64,000 nt of DNA from Candidatus Bathyarchaeota archaeon (GTDB lineage: Archaea > Thermoproteota > Bathyarchaeia > Bathyarchaeales > Bathycorpusculaceae): positions 32,001 to 96,000 of the forward strand of contig CAWHVC010000001.1 in assembly GCA_963832745.1 (NCBI GenBank), written 5' to 3'. The position numbers were made by a program, and so were the translations under genes. The notes under the pieces are model-generated. The model was not told where the DNA came from. It was given only the letters and a program-made list of their open reading frames with translations, and ran no database searches. Below are positions 1 through 11,082 of the stretch, piece by piece; position 1 is the first letter of the stretch; each line of letters begins with the position of its first letter.

Positions 1-164
1 TGTTTCTTTGAATTGCCATTTCGAGAGACCAAGCTTTAGTCGTTAGAGCTTGGTGATATAAAGTTAATCGTGTTTCGATATATATTACTATGATAGGCTT
101 TTAGCGGTAATAGGGCAGTTAAGCTTAAAAAAATAATAATAAAACGAATAATGAAATTATGGAA

Positions 165-1403
165 TTAACGGATTTGCCCGTTACCCAAAATAACGTATTT
201 GGTAGTCGTCAAGTGCTGTATGCTCATTGGTCCCCTTGCGTGAAGCTTCTGAGTGCTAATTCCAATTTCTGCACCTAAACCAAACTGGTTGCCATCCGTG
301 AAGCGGGTGCTGACGTTCCAGTAAACAGCGGAGGAATCAACCTCCTGCAGAAAACGCGTGGCTTTTGCGAAGTCGCGGGTTATGATTGATTCGCTGTGTC
401 TTGTGCCGTACTTGTTGATATGTGCGATAGCTTCTGAGAGGTCTTCAACTACTTTAACGCCGATAATTAGGTCCAGGTACTCAGTATACCAGTCTTGCTC
501 TGTTGCGGCTTTAACATCGGGCATGATTTCGCAGGTTTTCTTGTCGCCCCTAACTTCCACGCCGTTCTTGCGCAGTTCACCGATTACTTGGGGCAGGTAA
601 TTTTTGGCGATTTTGTTATGGACAAGCAGTTTTTCAGCTGCGTTGCATACGCCGGGACGCTGGACTTTGGCGTTGATTACGATTGGGGTTGCCATTTCTA
701 AGTCGGCGTCTTCTTCAACGTAAATGTGACAGTTACCCGTGCCGGTTTCGATAACTGGAATCTTAGATTTTTCAATCACTGTTTTTATCAGGTCAGCGCC
801 GCCTCGGGGAACAAGCACGTCAATGTACTCCCGCATGCCCATTAATTCTTCAGCGACTTTGCGGTCAGGAGAATTTACCACCTGAACAGCGTCTGCCGGA
901 ACATTCGTGCCTGAAAGAGCATCCCGAAGGACTTCGCCGATTGCAAGGTTAGACTGCAAAGCGTCTGAACCTCCACGCAGAATAACTGCGTTGCCTGATT
1001 TTATGCAGATGCCAGCGGAGTCTGAAGTAACGTTAGGTCTTGATTCGTAAATTACACATACTACGCCCATGGGAACCCGGATTTGGCTGATAATTAAGCC
1101 GTTTGGGCGTGTCCAACTGGATAAGATTGTGCCGATTGGGTCAGCCAAAGCAGAAACTTCCCGAAGCTCCTTTGCCATGTTCTGTATCTTTTTTTGGTCC
1201 AAAGCTAAACGGTCAAGAAGTGACGCTTTTAGGCCCTTGGCCTTGGCGGCTTCCACGTCAATCTTGTTGGCGGCAAGAATCTTTTCAACGTTAGCTTCCA
1301 ACGCGTTAGCCATCCGGCACAGCGCCACATTTTTCTGGTCCGTTGAAAGTTTTGCCATTTCAACTGATGCTGCCTTGGCTCTCTGGCAGATTTCCACAAT
1401 CAT
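165..1403 (-). CDS. proA: gamma-glutamyl phosphate reductase
   Basis: IYESRPNVT, GVCNAAE catalytic Cys, GAEIGISTQKLHARGP signature. Confidence 0.97.
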   Translation of the reverse strand: MIVEICQRAKAASVEMAKLSTDQKNVALCRMANALEANVEKILAANKIDVEAAKAKGLKASLLDRLALDQKKIQNMAKELREVSALADPIGTILSSWTRPNGLIISQIRVPMGVVCVIYESRPNVTSDSAGICIKSGNAVILRGGSDALQSNLAIGEVLRDALSGTNVPADAVQVVNSPDRKVAEELMGMREYIDVLVPRGGADLIKTVIEKSKIPVIETGTGNCHIYVEEDADLEMATPIVINAKVQRPGVCNAAEKLLVHNKIAKNYLPQVIGELRKNGVEVRGDKKTCEIMPDVKAATEQDWYTEYLDLIIGVKVVEDLSEAIAHINKYGTRHSESIITRDFAKATRFLQEVDSSAVYWNVSTRFTDGNQFGLGAEIGISTQKLHARGPMSIQHLTTTKYVILGNGQIR

Positions 1404-1405
1404 CT

Positions 1406-2527
1406 TTATTCCTCTATAAAGTGGATATTTCTATGCTCGATAACCTCTTTAGGTTTATCGGCTCCCAACTTCTCCAAGACTTCCGTAACTTGCAAGCCCT
1501 TTATTTGGTTAAGTTGGTTACTGTTAAAGTTCGGGTTGCCTCTCGCGAATATATGGTGCTTTTCATCTTCAAGACTCACTACATCGCCTTCTCCAAAAAC
1601 GCCTACCACTTTGGTAACACCCACTGCAAGCAAGCTTGAACCCTGAAGTATCGCTTCTTTTGCTCCGTCATTAACCTGAACTGTTCCTTTTACTGCGGCT
1701 CCATAGGCAATCCAACGTTTTACTGCTGGCATGCGGCTTTGAGGCGTGAAGTAAGTGCCTAATCCTTGACCTTCTAAAATATCAATTATCACGTTCTCTC
1801 TTCGGCTATTTGCAATTACAAGAGGAATTCCGCAGCTGGTGGCGATTTCGGCAGCTTTGATTTTGCTTTGAATTCCGCCTCTACCCCGCTTGCTTTTGCC
1901 CTTAAGAGAATTTTTAAGTTCAGGCGTAATGTTTTCAACAGCTTTGATAAGTTCTGCACCGGCTTCTGACGGGTCAGCAGTGTATAAACCGTCAACATCA
2001 GAAAGAATGATTACTAAATCTGCGCAGATGGCTCCAGCAACCAACACGGACAGGATGTCGTTATCACTAAAGTTCACTTTGTAACCCTTTGTACGCCTCA
2101 GTTCGGCAACGCTGGTTACATCGTTTTCATTGATTATTGGTACTACGCCGATTTTAAGTAACTGCGCCAAAACGTCGCATGTGTGGACATAAGATTTACG
2201 GTTAGACAGGTCTTCCGCGGTCAATAATATCTGTGCGACTTTTAGGTTATACTTCGCAAAGAGGCTGCGGTATTTAGCCATAAGTACGCTTTGCCCAGCG
2301 GCAGCAGCGACTTGCTGAAAAGCAACGTCTTTTGCTTTAGGTGTGATTCCAAGCTCAGCAATTCCAGCTGCTACAGCGCCGGAGGTTACAAGCACGATTT
2401 TGTCGCCTTGTTTTGTTGCTTGCGCTATCTGGCAGGCAAGGCTTTGCATTTCTTGCTCGTCAAGTTCGCCTTTGCTTGTGGTTATGCCGCTTGTGCCGAC
2501 TTTGACAACTATTAATCTTGAAGGCAT
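1406..2527 (-). CDS. proB: glutamate 5-kinase with C-terminal PUA domain
   Basis: VVKVGTS, VTSGAVAAG, PIINEND, DND motifs; directly upstream of proA. Confidence 0.97.
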   Translation of the reverse strand: MPSRLIVVKVGTSGITTSKGELDEQEMQSLACQIAQATKQGDKIVLVTSGAVAAGIAELGITPKAKDVAFQQVAAAAGQSVLMAKYRSLFAKYNLKVAQILLTAEDLSNRKSYVHTCDVLAQLLKIGVVPIINENDVTSVAELRRTKGYKVNFSDNDILSVLVAGAICADLVIILSDVDGLYTADPSEAGAELIKAVENITPELKNSLKGKSKRGRGGIQSKIKAAEIATSCGIPLVIANSRRENVIIDILEGQGLGTYFTPQSRMPAVKRWIAYGAAVKGTVQVNDGAKEAILQGSSLLAVGVTKVVGVFGEGDVVSLEDEKHHIFARGNPNFNSNQLNQIKGLQVTEVLEKLGADKPKEVIEHRNIHFIEE

Positions 2528-2808
2528 ATTTTTTCACTTAACTCAAAGTTTCTGCTTGAGCTTCTTTATGGAGTTATGTCTGTCTTGCTTAAAAAAGCAA
2601 TCAACAGGTAAATAACCTGTTTGTCCATTAAAAGTTGCTTATGCTTTATATGTAGACTTGTCTAGTCTCCTTAAAAGTGCAACCAACAAATAAATAACGT
2701 GTGTTATTAAAAATCATGCATTTAACCGATTAAACCTTCTATTTTACGCCATTCCTTAGAAAAATATATAAGACCTCGGAGCGTCGGGATGAGGCTTGGC
2801 TAATTCAC

Positions 2809-4947
2809 ATGATCGTTCCACTCCAAACCCTAACAACATCGTTTAATTCCCCCTTAGTATTCTGGCTTGCACCGATTGCTGGTGTCATAGCCATTTTAGC
2901 TTCACTGCTGTTGATGCGTAAAATCGGCAACATGAATCCTGGTTCACCAAAAGCAGTAGAAGTTGGAAACGCTATTCGCGAAGGCGCTTATGCTTTCCTG
3001 AAGCGTCAATACACTTCTATTACGGTAATCATGATAGTGGTTTCCGTCTTAATCGGTTTATTCATAAGCGTTGGCACTGCGGTGGCTTTTCTGATTGGCG
3101 CTGTTGCCTCATTAGCCGCGGGATACATAGCCATGGATAACGCTACAAAAGCTAACGTACGCACAGTCGCGGCAGCCAAAAAAGGTCCAAACGCTGCCCT
3201 GCAAACAGCGTTTTATGGTGGAGCAACAATGGGTTTTGCTGTCGTCGGTTTATCCTTGTTAAGTGTCAGTTTAATATTCCTTGCTTACGGCGGTTGGGGC
3301 GCTTTATTTGGTGCAGAAGTAAACACTGACTTAGGAATTAGCGCCGCAAGCGGCATAGTCGGCATGGGTTTTGGTGCATCGTTAATCGCTTTGTTTGCAC
3401 AGTTGGGCGGCGGAATCTTTACAAAAGCCGCAGACATAGGCGCAGACATCGTCGGTAAAGTTGAAGCTGGAATACCTGAAGATGACCCGAGAAACCCCGC
3501 TGTAATCGCAGATAACGTTGGAGATAACGTTGGCGACTCAGCTGGACGTGGCGCAGACCTGTTTGAATCTGCAGTTGCCGAAAACATCGGTGGCATGGTT
3601 ATTGGTGGTTTAGTTAGTGTTGCAACTGGTAACATTCTGTTCCTGATTTTCCCACTGGTTGTTCGAGCTTTAGGTGTCTTTGCAACTTTAATCGGCATGC
3701 CTTTCGTTAAACTTAAGCCAAGTCAAACCCACAATCCAATGAGTGCACTACGCAAAGGCTTAAACGCAACAACAATCGTGTCAGCAATAATGTTCTTGAT
3801 AGTTTCGATATTGTTCTTTGAAAGTAACTGGTTCTACATTTTTGGCTGTTTACTTACTGGATTAGTCGCAAGCGTTCTAATCGACCAAATAACTGACTAT
3901 TACACTGGACGAGACAGAAAGCCAGTCATTAGTATTGCTCAAGCAAGCCAAAGTGGAAGCGCTACAAACATCATTACTGGACTTGCAGTTGGCTTAGAAA
4001 CAACAGCCTTACCAATAGTCACTCTGGTCATAGCCTTGATTATCTCATACGTGCTTGGTTCACAGTTTGCAGTACAAATCGGCATCAACACCTACTACGG
4101 TGGAGTCTACGGCACAGCGTTGGCAACAATGGGTATGCTTGCAGTCATGGGCATGGTCTTAGCTTTAGACGGCTTTGGCCCAATCGCAGACAACGCCGCA
4201 GGCATCGCAGAAATGGCAGGCGAAAAAGAAGGCATAGAAACCATGGAAGCTCTTGACGCAGTCGGCAACACAACCAAAGCATTAACCAAAGGCTTTGCTT
4301 TAGGTTCAGCTTTGCTTGCTGCCCAATTGCTTTTCCAAGCATACGGTTCAGAGGTCACACACGGCGGTATACTGCAAATAGACATAGCTAATCCCATCAT
4401 ACTGGTCGCGGGATTCATAGGTGCAATGTTACCGTTCCTGTTCTCTTCACAAGCTATCAGTGCAGTCGGTAAAGCGGCAACTCAGATGGTGAACGAAGTT
4501 AGACGCCAATTCAAAGAAATACCTGGCATCATGGATGGAACAGCTAAACCGCAATACGACAAAGCAGTAGATATCAGCACTAAAGCAGCCTTGAAAGGCA
4601 TGATTATCCCGGGAGTAATCGTTGTGATTGTTCCAGTGGTAATCGGTCTCCTGTTTGGTGCAATCGCAGTCGGCGCAGTCGTCATCGGCGTTACTATAAC
4701 AGCTGTACCATTAGCCCTGTTCATGAACACAGGCGGTGGAGCATGGGACAACGCAAAGAAATACATCGAAGCAGGTCACTTAGGCGGCAAGAATTCTTCA
4801 GCACACCAGGCAGCAGTCGTTGGTGACACAGTCGGTGACCCACTAAAAGACACAGCAGGACCAAGCTTACACGTGCTTATCAAACTGCTCAGCACGCTCT
4901 CAATAGTGTTCATCCCGCTGTTCCTTAACCTGCTCGGTTTAATCTAA
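2809..4947 (+). CDS. hppA: membrane-bound ion-translocating pyrophosphatase (K+-independent H+-PPase type)
   Basis: [46 protein letters not shown]; GNTTKA has Lys at the K+-dependence position. Confidence 0.96.
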   Translation: MIVPLQTLTTSFNSPLVFWLAPIAGVIAILASLLLMRKIGNMNPGSPKAVEVGNAIREGAYAFLKRQYTSITVIMIVVSVLIGLFISVGTAVAFLIGAVASLAAGYIAMDNATKANVRTVAAAKKGPNAALQTAFYGGATMGFAVVGLSLLSVSLIFLAYGGWGALFGAEVNTDLGISAASGIVGMGFGASLIALFAQLGGGIFTKAADIGADIVGKVEAGIPEDDPRNPAVIADNVGDNVGDSAGRGADLFESAVAENIGGMVIGGLVSVATGNILFLIFPLVVRALGVFATLIGMPFVKLKPSQTHNPMSALRKGLNATTIVSAIMFLIVSILFFESNWFYIFGCLLTGLVASVLIDQITDYYTGRDRKPVISIAQASQSGSATNIITGLAVGLETTALPIVTLVIALIISYVLGSQFAVQIGINTYYGGVYGTALATMGMLAVMGMVLALDGFGPIADNAAGIAEMAGEKEGIETMEALDAVGNTTKALTKGFALGSALLAAQLLFQAYGSEVTHGGILQIDIANPIILVAGFIGAMLPFLFSSQAISAVGKAATQMVNEVRRQFKEIPGIMDGTAKPQYDKAVDISTKAALKGMIIPGVIVVIVPVVIGLLFGAIAVGAVVIGVTITAVPLALFMNTGGGAWDNAKKYIEAGHLGGKNSSAHQAAVVGDTVGDPLKDTAGPSLHVLIKLLSTLSIVFIPLFLNLLGLI

Positions 4948-5071
4948 ACTGAGTAACCTGAAAACCGATCTTAGCCCTCTTTTTTGGGCAAAAAACTTTT
5001 TTTATTTTTTTAGTTCAAAATTTAAAAACAACTTGTTTTCGATTACTTGACAAAAAAGAAAGTTGATTGTT

Positions 5072-5416
5072 TTAACGTGCAAGATACGTTATTGGGTTTA
5101 GCAGTTTGTCGTCTTCGCTTATGATGCTTTCTGCTTTGATTTCTTCAGCGATTTTTTTGCCGTTATCTGTTAAGAAGAAGAATTTGTATGTGTTTCTGCC
5201 GTTTCTTGTAACTCTTGTGTCTTCACGGAAGATTCCTGCGTCTCTTAGTACTTCACAGTTTTTAAGGTCAGAATTTGGTATAATCATTCCTTCGCTGGCT
5301 TCAAGATACCAAAGGTAGCCGTCCTTGTTGTCTAACGCTGCAAGTATGTATTTTTTGAAAACCCCTATACGTGTTCTTATGTAATCACACATGTAGTTTT
5401 CAAATTTTATTGACAT
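5072..5416 (-). CDS. hypothetical protein, winged-helix-like
   Basis: LRDAGIF...YKFFFLTDNGKKIAE resembles a wHTH wing. Confidence 0.6.
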   Translation of the reverse strand: MSIKFENYMCDYIRTRIGVFKKYILAALDNKDGYLWYLEASEGMIIPNSDLKNCEVLRDAGIFREDTRVTRNGRNTYKFFFLTDNGKKIAEEIKAESIISEDDKLLNPITYLAR

Positions 5417-5564
5417 ACCTATTACTTTAACGCTGAAGAAATTTAAATTTTGTCAGAATACCCAGCGCCAGTTTGTTTAAACGTTTTGTAGGTTTTGTTC
5501 CACATTGTATTTTTACCTCTTCATGCAATGAATATTAGTCCTGTTTAAGAGATGAAATTTAGCC

Positions 5565-6656
5565 TTGAAAATTGTTGAGAAAAACCTGCATCAGGGTTTT
5601 GTTAAGGTCGTGCCTGACACTCCTGATGACCTTTGGCACCTGTACAATGTCATTTACAAGGGTGACGAAGTTTACGCTTACACGTCAAGAGCCATAAAAT
5701 CCGATTCAGAAGCTTCACGCCCAAAAAGTGCTGAGCGCGTTTCAGCTTTCATGGGCGTAACTGTTGAGTCTGTTAGTTGGGACAAGTTTTTAGGGAAACT
5801 GCGTGTTCACGGTTTAATCTGCCATGCACCAGACATTATTCCCACGGGAGCGCATCATACGATTGCTATCGGCTTAAACCAGCAATTAACCATAGTAAAA
5901 AAGGAGTGGCCAAAACACCTTCTTGACAGGTTAACCTTGGCAAGTGAAAGCGAAAAACCATTACTAATACTGTCAATTGATGATGAAGGTTATGCTATTG
6001 CAGAAACTAAACAGTATGGCGTTGAAATGAAGGTTGAAGAACGCGTCCGCTTGCCCGGAAAGCATGAAGCCGATAAACGTGTCGAGGGCACAAAAGCATA
6101 TTTCCGAAAAGTCTTAAACAGCCTTAACATGCTCTGGACACAAAACCATAACCCAATCGTACTAATCGGAACTGGTTTTGTAAAAAATGATTTCGCTCGG
6201 TATCTTGCCGATGAATCTAAAGACATGAACAAATCCTTAGCTGACATAAAAAGCGTAAATAATGGTGGAACCGCAGGAATCTATGAAGCCCTCCGCTCTG
6301 GTGTGCTACTTAAAACAACCAATCAACTGCGTATTGTCGAAGAAACCGAAGCCATGGAAGAAGTTATGAAACGCCTTGGCAAAGGTGAAGGAACCATTAC
6401 GTACGGTTTAACTGGTGTAGAAGAAGCCGTACAGATGGGTGCTGTTGAAAAGTTGATTGTTGCGGACACTGCACTTCGGGATGCTGAGGAGGATCAGAGG
6501 CTTAAACTTGAAACCCTAATGCGGGATGTTGAGCGGCAAAACGCTAAAGTCACGGTGATAAGCACGGAGCATGAGGCAGGGTCAAAATTGTTGTCATTAG
6601 GTGGTTTAGCGGCACTGCTAAGGTTCCCTATTTATCGTGCTCCCACAAATCAATAA
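5565..6656 (+). CDS. pelA: mRNA surveillance protein pelota
   Basis: DDLWHLYNVI, PGK motif, C-terminal HEAG..L..LGGLAALLRFPI. Confidence 0.96.
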   Translation: MKIVEKNLHQGFVKVVPDTPDDLWHLYNVIYKGDEVYAYTSRAIKSDSEASRPKSAERVSAFMGVTVESVSWDKFLGKLRVHGLICHAPDIIPTGAHHTIAIGLNQQLTIVKKEWPKHLLDRLTLASESEKPLLILSIDDEGYAIAETKQYGVEMKVEERVRLPGKHEADKRVEGTKAYFRKVLNSLNMLWTQNHNPIVLIGTGFVKNDFARYLADESKDMNKSLADIKSVNNGGTAGIYEALRSGVLLKTTNQLRIVEETEAMEEVMKRLGKGEGTITYGLTGVEEAVQMGAVEKLIVADTALRDAEEDQRLKLETLMRDVERQNAKVTVISTEHEAGSKLLSLGGLAALLRFPIYRAPTNQ

Positions 6657-6830
6657 CATTTTTTTGAGCAAAACGAGTTTTTAATTTATTATTGCTTAAT
6701 CAGGTTTAAGATTATAGTTATTATAGTTTGGTTGTTTGAGGAAAAAGTTTTAAGGGGCAATTTTCGTAAAGCTGAATTATCATTTGCTGAAAAACCAAGA
6801 TTATCTAAAACCATTAGAAAAGGGGCTATT

Positions 6831-7046
6831 GTGGTAGATTTTACGAAACTTAAGGTGGCTTGCCGTTATGAAAAAGGTGGAAATTGCAAAAAGAAGCTAA
6901 AAAAATGCTCTGTGGATGTCTGCCCATTGAGCCTAAGTATTAGAAACTATGCAACCAAAAATGTTGCCTTCCATTGCCTGCATTTGGGGTTAGTAATTTT
7001 CTACCTTATTCACTCATCTAAAATCACTAAATCTTTATACTGTTAA
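6831..7046 (+). CDS. small Cys-rich protein
   Basis: GTG after AGGGG; CRYEKGGNCKKKLKKCSVDVCPL four-Cys pattern; start and end uncertain. Confidence 0.4.
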   Translation: MVDFTKLKVACRYEKGGNCKKKLKKCSVDVCPLSLSIRNYATKNVAFHCLHLGLVIFYLIHSSKITKSLYC

Positions 7047-7053
7047 TCTATTT

Positions 7054-7653
7054 CTAAGGTTTTAGATGGGCGCTTCTCCGTAAGAATATGGCTAATATCG
7101 TTGGTATAACTACGAGTAAAGATACTGTTATCATATTGGTTATCTCTGGAACTGAAGGCGTTGGCAATGAGTCGTTTGTTGGTAAGGTTGTGGAAGATGG
7201 AGAAGGCGTTGCCGATGGTTGTGGGGATGACTGAACGGTGACCACTATTCCCATTGGCTGAAAGGCTTCGTATAAGCTATCTCCATTTGAATCAGATATC
7301 CTCACAGAAATGCCGTATCTTCCAAGAGTAGATTCAACGAATTTGAATGTTGACGAATTGGAATTCGGAACTGGAACGGTTATCCAGTGTTCGGGAAGTA
7401 TAGTTGGGTCTAAGAATGTTGTGTACCATTGGAAAGTATATGGGGGTGTTCCATTATCACCGTGCGCTATGAACTCGGTTGTTTGGTTGACTTCAATTGT
7501 TCTCCACCATGGTTGGTCTACCATAACCATTATGCTTTCCGCTGTTGTTTGGCATTCTGCAAACGGCAATGTTGAGAGAGCAATAATAATTATTCCAAAC
7601 ATTAGACCCTTTGTCTTCATCTTTCCACTACATCCTAAAATTTTGCGGGACAT
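7054..7653 (-). CDS. exported Ig/PKD-like protein with S/T/P linker and PEF-like C-terminal anchor
   Basis: signal peptide (likely start ATG 7620), GTPPYTFQW, VPEI followed by TM helix and RR. Confidence 0.75.
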   Translation of the reverse strand: MSRKILGCSGKMKTKGLMFGIIIIALSTLPFAECQTTAESIMVMVDQPWWRTIEVNQTTEFIAHGDNGTPPYTFQWYTTFLDPTILPEHWITVPVPNSNSSTFKFVESTLGRYGISVRISDSNGDSLYEAFQPMGIVVTVQSSPQPSATPSPSSTTLPTNDSLPTPSVPEITNMITVSLLVVIPTILAIFLRRSAHLKP

Positions 7654-7805
7654 ATTTAGTTCTATTCAGGGAACACTTCTTTTTTTTGTCAAAGTCCATT
7701 TTTGCTGAACGTTGCCACTCTCTAAAACGGTGTTAGACATCGTTTCATGCCTCTTCTGTTCGGTGTAGCATTGTTTGGGCTTTGTGTGTTGGATGTAACC
7801 CCTCT

Positions 7806-7821
7806 GTACTAATTATTAGAC
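7806..7821. promoter_or_regulatory. palindromic operator CTAA-N3-TTAG (site 1)
   Basis: GTACTAATTATTAGAC; reverse complement matches site at 8328; upstream of TATA-like TATTATAT (7841-7848). Confidence 0.55.
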
Positions 7822-7886
7822 GGTTTCAGCTAATAGTTGGTATTATATGTTTAAGAGTCTCCTACCTATGCTAAAGGTATTAGCTG

Positions 7887-8333
7887 ATGGCTATGGATGA
7901 CACAACCGAATTAGAGTACGCCCTGCGTGGCAAAGCATGGAAAGTTTACTGGTTCCTACTAAAAACTGGTGAACCCGTCAGCGTACGAGAAGTCCAACGT
8001 GCACTCCATTTTAGCAGCCCAAGCATCGCCAACCACCACCTCGAGCAACTACGTGAACTCGGGCTTGTTGCCAAACAGGAAGTGGGCGGACATTACGTGT
8101 TAGTCAGCCAAGTAAAAATTGGCGTGCTTAAGCATTATGTGAAACTTGGCAAACTGCTGTTTCCACGTTTCTTCTTTTACGCCTTGTTTTCCACAGTGTT
8201 CTATCTGGCGTACGTTATGTTTTTGGTGACTGAGTTTAACCGTGACAACCTGTTCATCATAATGTTTGGCGCTATTGTTTGCGGTATTTTCTGGTATGAA
8301 GCTTACCGTGTTTGGGGTATGCGTCCATTCTAA
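7887..8333 (+). CDS. membrane-tethered wHTH (ArsR-like) transcriptional regulator
   Basis: VREVQRALHFSSPSIANHHLEQLRELGLV HTH plus two C-terminal TM helices. Confidence 0.85.
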   Translation: MAMDDTTELEYALRGKAWKVYWFLLKTGEPVSVREVQRALHFSSPSIANHHLEQLRELGLVAKQEVGGHYVLVSQVKIGVLKHYVKLGKLLFPRFFFYALFSTVFYLAYVMFLVTEFNRDNLFIIMFGAIVCGIFWYEAYRVWGMRPF

Positions 8334-8343
8334 CAGTTAGTAC
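8328..8343. promoter_or_regulatory. palindromic operator CTAA-N3-TTAG (site 2)
   Basis: TTCTAACAGTTAGTAC overlapping the regulator stop codon, upstream of the beta-propeller gene. Confidence 0.55.
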
Positions 8344-8410
8344 ACTTTGTCCAAGGCTTAGGATAAAATAAAAACATGCAATTAACCCGTAAACAGGAGA
8401 AAAGAAACGA

Positions 8411-10420
8411 ATGGTTCAAAGAGAACTAAAAAGCAAAACTAAACTTTACGCTTTAGCAGCAGTACTGACAGCAGTTGTTCTAGTAAGCGCCATCTATACC
8501 GTTACAACGCCCACAGTAATGTACACGTTAACAGGCGGCATTTCACCAATGAAAAACTTTGCCTCAACAGACGAAATCAGAAACTACCTCACAACCAACA
8601 CTCAAGGCGATTCAACCTACTTCACCGGTGGGCCCTTAGATGCTGAACGCTCAAATGGTGCAGGCGTTTATGGAGTTATCACCTCCGCTGGTCCCGCTGG
8701 AGTTACTGGAGATAAAGCTTCAAGCCCACAAAGTCCAACCTCAGGCATAGGTTTTGCAACTGATGCTCAAGAGCATTCTACAACTAACGTCCAAGTTACA
8801 GGTGTGGATGAAGCCGACACAGTAAAAACCGACGGACAATACATCTACACCTTAAACGTAAACTATACAACTGAACCAGCAAACACAATCGAAATCATAA
8901 ACGCTAACGCCCAAGACCCTTCAGTTATTGGTAAAATCACCTATAACAATACAATATCCATCGCCGGCATGTACCTTAGCCAAAACGGTAACAAACTTGC
9001 AGTTTTAGGAAGCAACTACGGTACTCTTTTATATTTTCCAAGAACAATCAGCAAAGGCGAAATCAGTGTAACTTCTAATTATGTTAACGTTGTTAAGACT
9101 TTCATTTATGTTTATGACGTTTCAAACAAGGCTGACCCTGTTTTAGCAAGGAACCTGACTTTAAGCGGTAGCTACTTCAATTCACGCATGATAGGCAACT
9201 ACGTTTACACGGTAGTTAGTCAGCCAGCATATGCAAACAATGAATCTGTAATCCTGCCACAAGTAAGTAACGATCAAGTAACCAAAGAAATTATCCCAAC
9301 AAGCATCTACTACACAGACATGCAAGACAGCTACTTTACATACACAACATTCTCAGGCATCAACATACAAGATGACTCGCAAGTACCAACCGACATGACC
9401 ATATTGATGGGCGGCACAAGCAACATGTACGTTTCAACCAGCAACATGTACCTAACCTTCCCCGACACAACAGGCGAAAGCACAGAAATCTACCGCGTCG
9501 GCATCAATGGTGCAAACTTGTCCTTTGACGCAAAAGGCATCGTGCCTGGTTACGTGTTAAACCAGTACAGCATGGACGAATACAACAACTACTTCAGAGT
9601 AGCAACCACCGTAACCACAGGCAGCTGGGTAAACAGAGACCAACATAACAACCTTTATGTTCTAAACATGGACCTAAACATTGTTGGGCAAATTGAAAAC
9701 TTGGGGCAAGGTGAACGCATCTACTCCGCCCGGTTTACAGGTGATAAAGCTTACCTTGTGACTTTCAAGCAGACAGACCCATTCTTTGTATTAGACCTTA
9801 AAGATCCAACAGCACCCAAAGTAGCTGGCGAATTAAAAATCCCCGGATATTCTAGTTACCTTCATCCTTACGACGAAAACCACATCATTGGAATAGGCAA
9901 GGAAAACAACACTGTCAAGCTTTCACTTTTTGACGTTACAGACATGAATAACCCTACTGAAATCGCAAAATACGTTATCGGCGAAAACGCTGACTATGTT
10001 GATTCAACCGCATTGTATGAGCCTAAAGCTTTCCTGTTTGATCTGCAAAAGCAACTCTTAGTCATCCCAGTATCAATCACTAACTATGGCTACGCACCTC
10101 AACCTGCTTCAGAACCACAAACACGTAACAGCACTGACAGCTCCAGCAGTAACAACGGCGGAATCAGTTCAAGCACTCCAGTTACGGAAAGCAGCTTTTG
10201 GCAAGGCGCATACGTCTTTAACCTATCACCAAACGGGTTTACATTAAAAGGCGAGTTATCTCACCAAGCAACTACTAACAATCAGTACTGGTACTGGCAT
10301 AATGATGCCGCAATTAGTCGTTCGCTTTACATTGGCAATACGTTGTACACTGTTTCTAACAGTAAAGTGCAACTCAACAGTTTAGATGGCCTTGGCTTGA
10401 TTGGTCAAGTCAACTTCTAA
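8411..10420 (+). CDS. secreted beta-propeller domain protein
   Basis: N-terminal anchor; STTNVQVTGVDEADTVKTDG, LNQYSMDE, GELKIPGYSSYLHP typical of the Beta_propel family. Confidence 0.9.
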   Translation: MVQRELKSKTKLYALAAVLTAVVLVSAIYTVTTPTVMYTLTGGISPMKNFASTDEIRNYLTTNTQGDSTYFTGGPLDAERSNGAGVYGVITSAGPAGVTGDKASSPQSPTSGIGFATDAQEHSTTNVQVTGVDEADTVKTDGQYIYTLNVNYTTEPANTIEIINANAQDPSVIGKITYNNTISIAGMYLSQNGNKLAVLGSNYGTLLYFPRTISKGEISVTSNYVNVVKTFIYVYDVSNKADPVLARNLTLSGSYFNSRMIGNYVYTVVSQPAYANNESVILPQVSNDQVTKEIIPTSIYYTDMQDSYFTYTTFSGINIQDDSQVPTDMTILMGGTSNMYVSTSNMYLTFPDTTGESTEIYRVGINGANLSFDAKGIVPGYVLNQYSMDEYNNYFRVATTVTTGSWVNRDQHNNLYVLNMDLNIVGQIENLGQGERIYSARFTGDKAYLVTFKQTDPFFVLDLKDPTAPKVAGELKIPGYSSYLHPYDENHIIGIGKENNTVKLSLFDVTDMNNPTEIAKYVIGENADYVDSTALYEPKAFLFDLQKQLLVIPVSITNYGYAPQPASEPQTRNSTDSSSSNNGGISSSTPVTESSFWQGAYVFNLSPNGFTLKGELSHQATTNNQYWYWHNDAAISRSLYIGNTLYTVSNSKVQLNSLDGLGLIGQVNF

Positions 10421-10594
10421 ACTCCTTACCTTTTTATCTTTAAAAATCCTTATTAATTGTACAACAGGTAGTTGTCTAAAAACCGATATCTATCCATTCT
10501 ACGCTCATTCTGTTCATCGTTGGAATCCAAAAACAGAATATCCCTTAAAATAATGTCTAACAAATAAACAGTTGCTCACAAGGGGAAAAAATGT

Positions 10595-10837
10595 ATGTCT
10601 AACATGTTAAACGGTGGCTCCATTGGTTTAGCTGCAAGTTACAGGCTGAAGCTTTCATCTATCGCTTTGATAGTTTTCATAGTGATTGCAGGCGTTTGCT
10701 TCTATCTAAACTTAACAGGATTATTAAGTGACATAATCTATTACGGTATACTGATTGGCTTAATCATAGCTGCCCTTGTCTTAACTTACCTGTTTGGCAG
10801 AATATCAAAAAAACGGCATGATTCAACCATACACTAA
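10595..10837 (+). CDS. small two-TM membrane protein
   Basis: purine-rich RBS, two hydrophobic helices, basic tail. Confidence 0.65.
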   Translation: MSNMLNGGSIGLAASYRLKLSSIALIVFIVIAGVCFYLNLTGLLSDIIYYGILIGLIIAALVLTYLFGRISKKRHDSTIH

Positions 10838-10849
10838 AAAAGAAAAGGG

Positions 10850-10954
10850 TTACTTTGCCTTGTTTGCTTTTTTAGCACAGGCATCACTGCAATACTTCTT
10901 TTTAGCGTCAAAAGTCATAAACTTCTGCTTGCAAACTGGGCACTTCTTATCCAA
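10850..10954 (-). CDS. 34-aa zinc-finger microprotein (not in ORF track)
   Basis: GAGGTG RBS, TTG start, MDKKCPVCKQKFMTFDAKKKYCSDACAKKANKAK. Confidence 0.8.
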   Translation of the reverse strand: MDKKCPVCKQKFMTFDAKKKYCSDACAKKANKAK

Positions 10955-11082
10955 ACATTCCACCTCTCTCTTTATCAAATGATTTGATTAAACAAAAAGT
11001 TTTTCTAAAAAAACTTGCAACAACCGTTTAATATACGTAGATTTCACTTATTCTTGGGCGAAGGAAGGGAGATAGCGATAGC

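Noticed and set aside
1-19. Minus-strand gene start (MAIQRN) running off the window
   Set aside because: Too short to support a call
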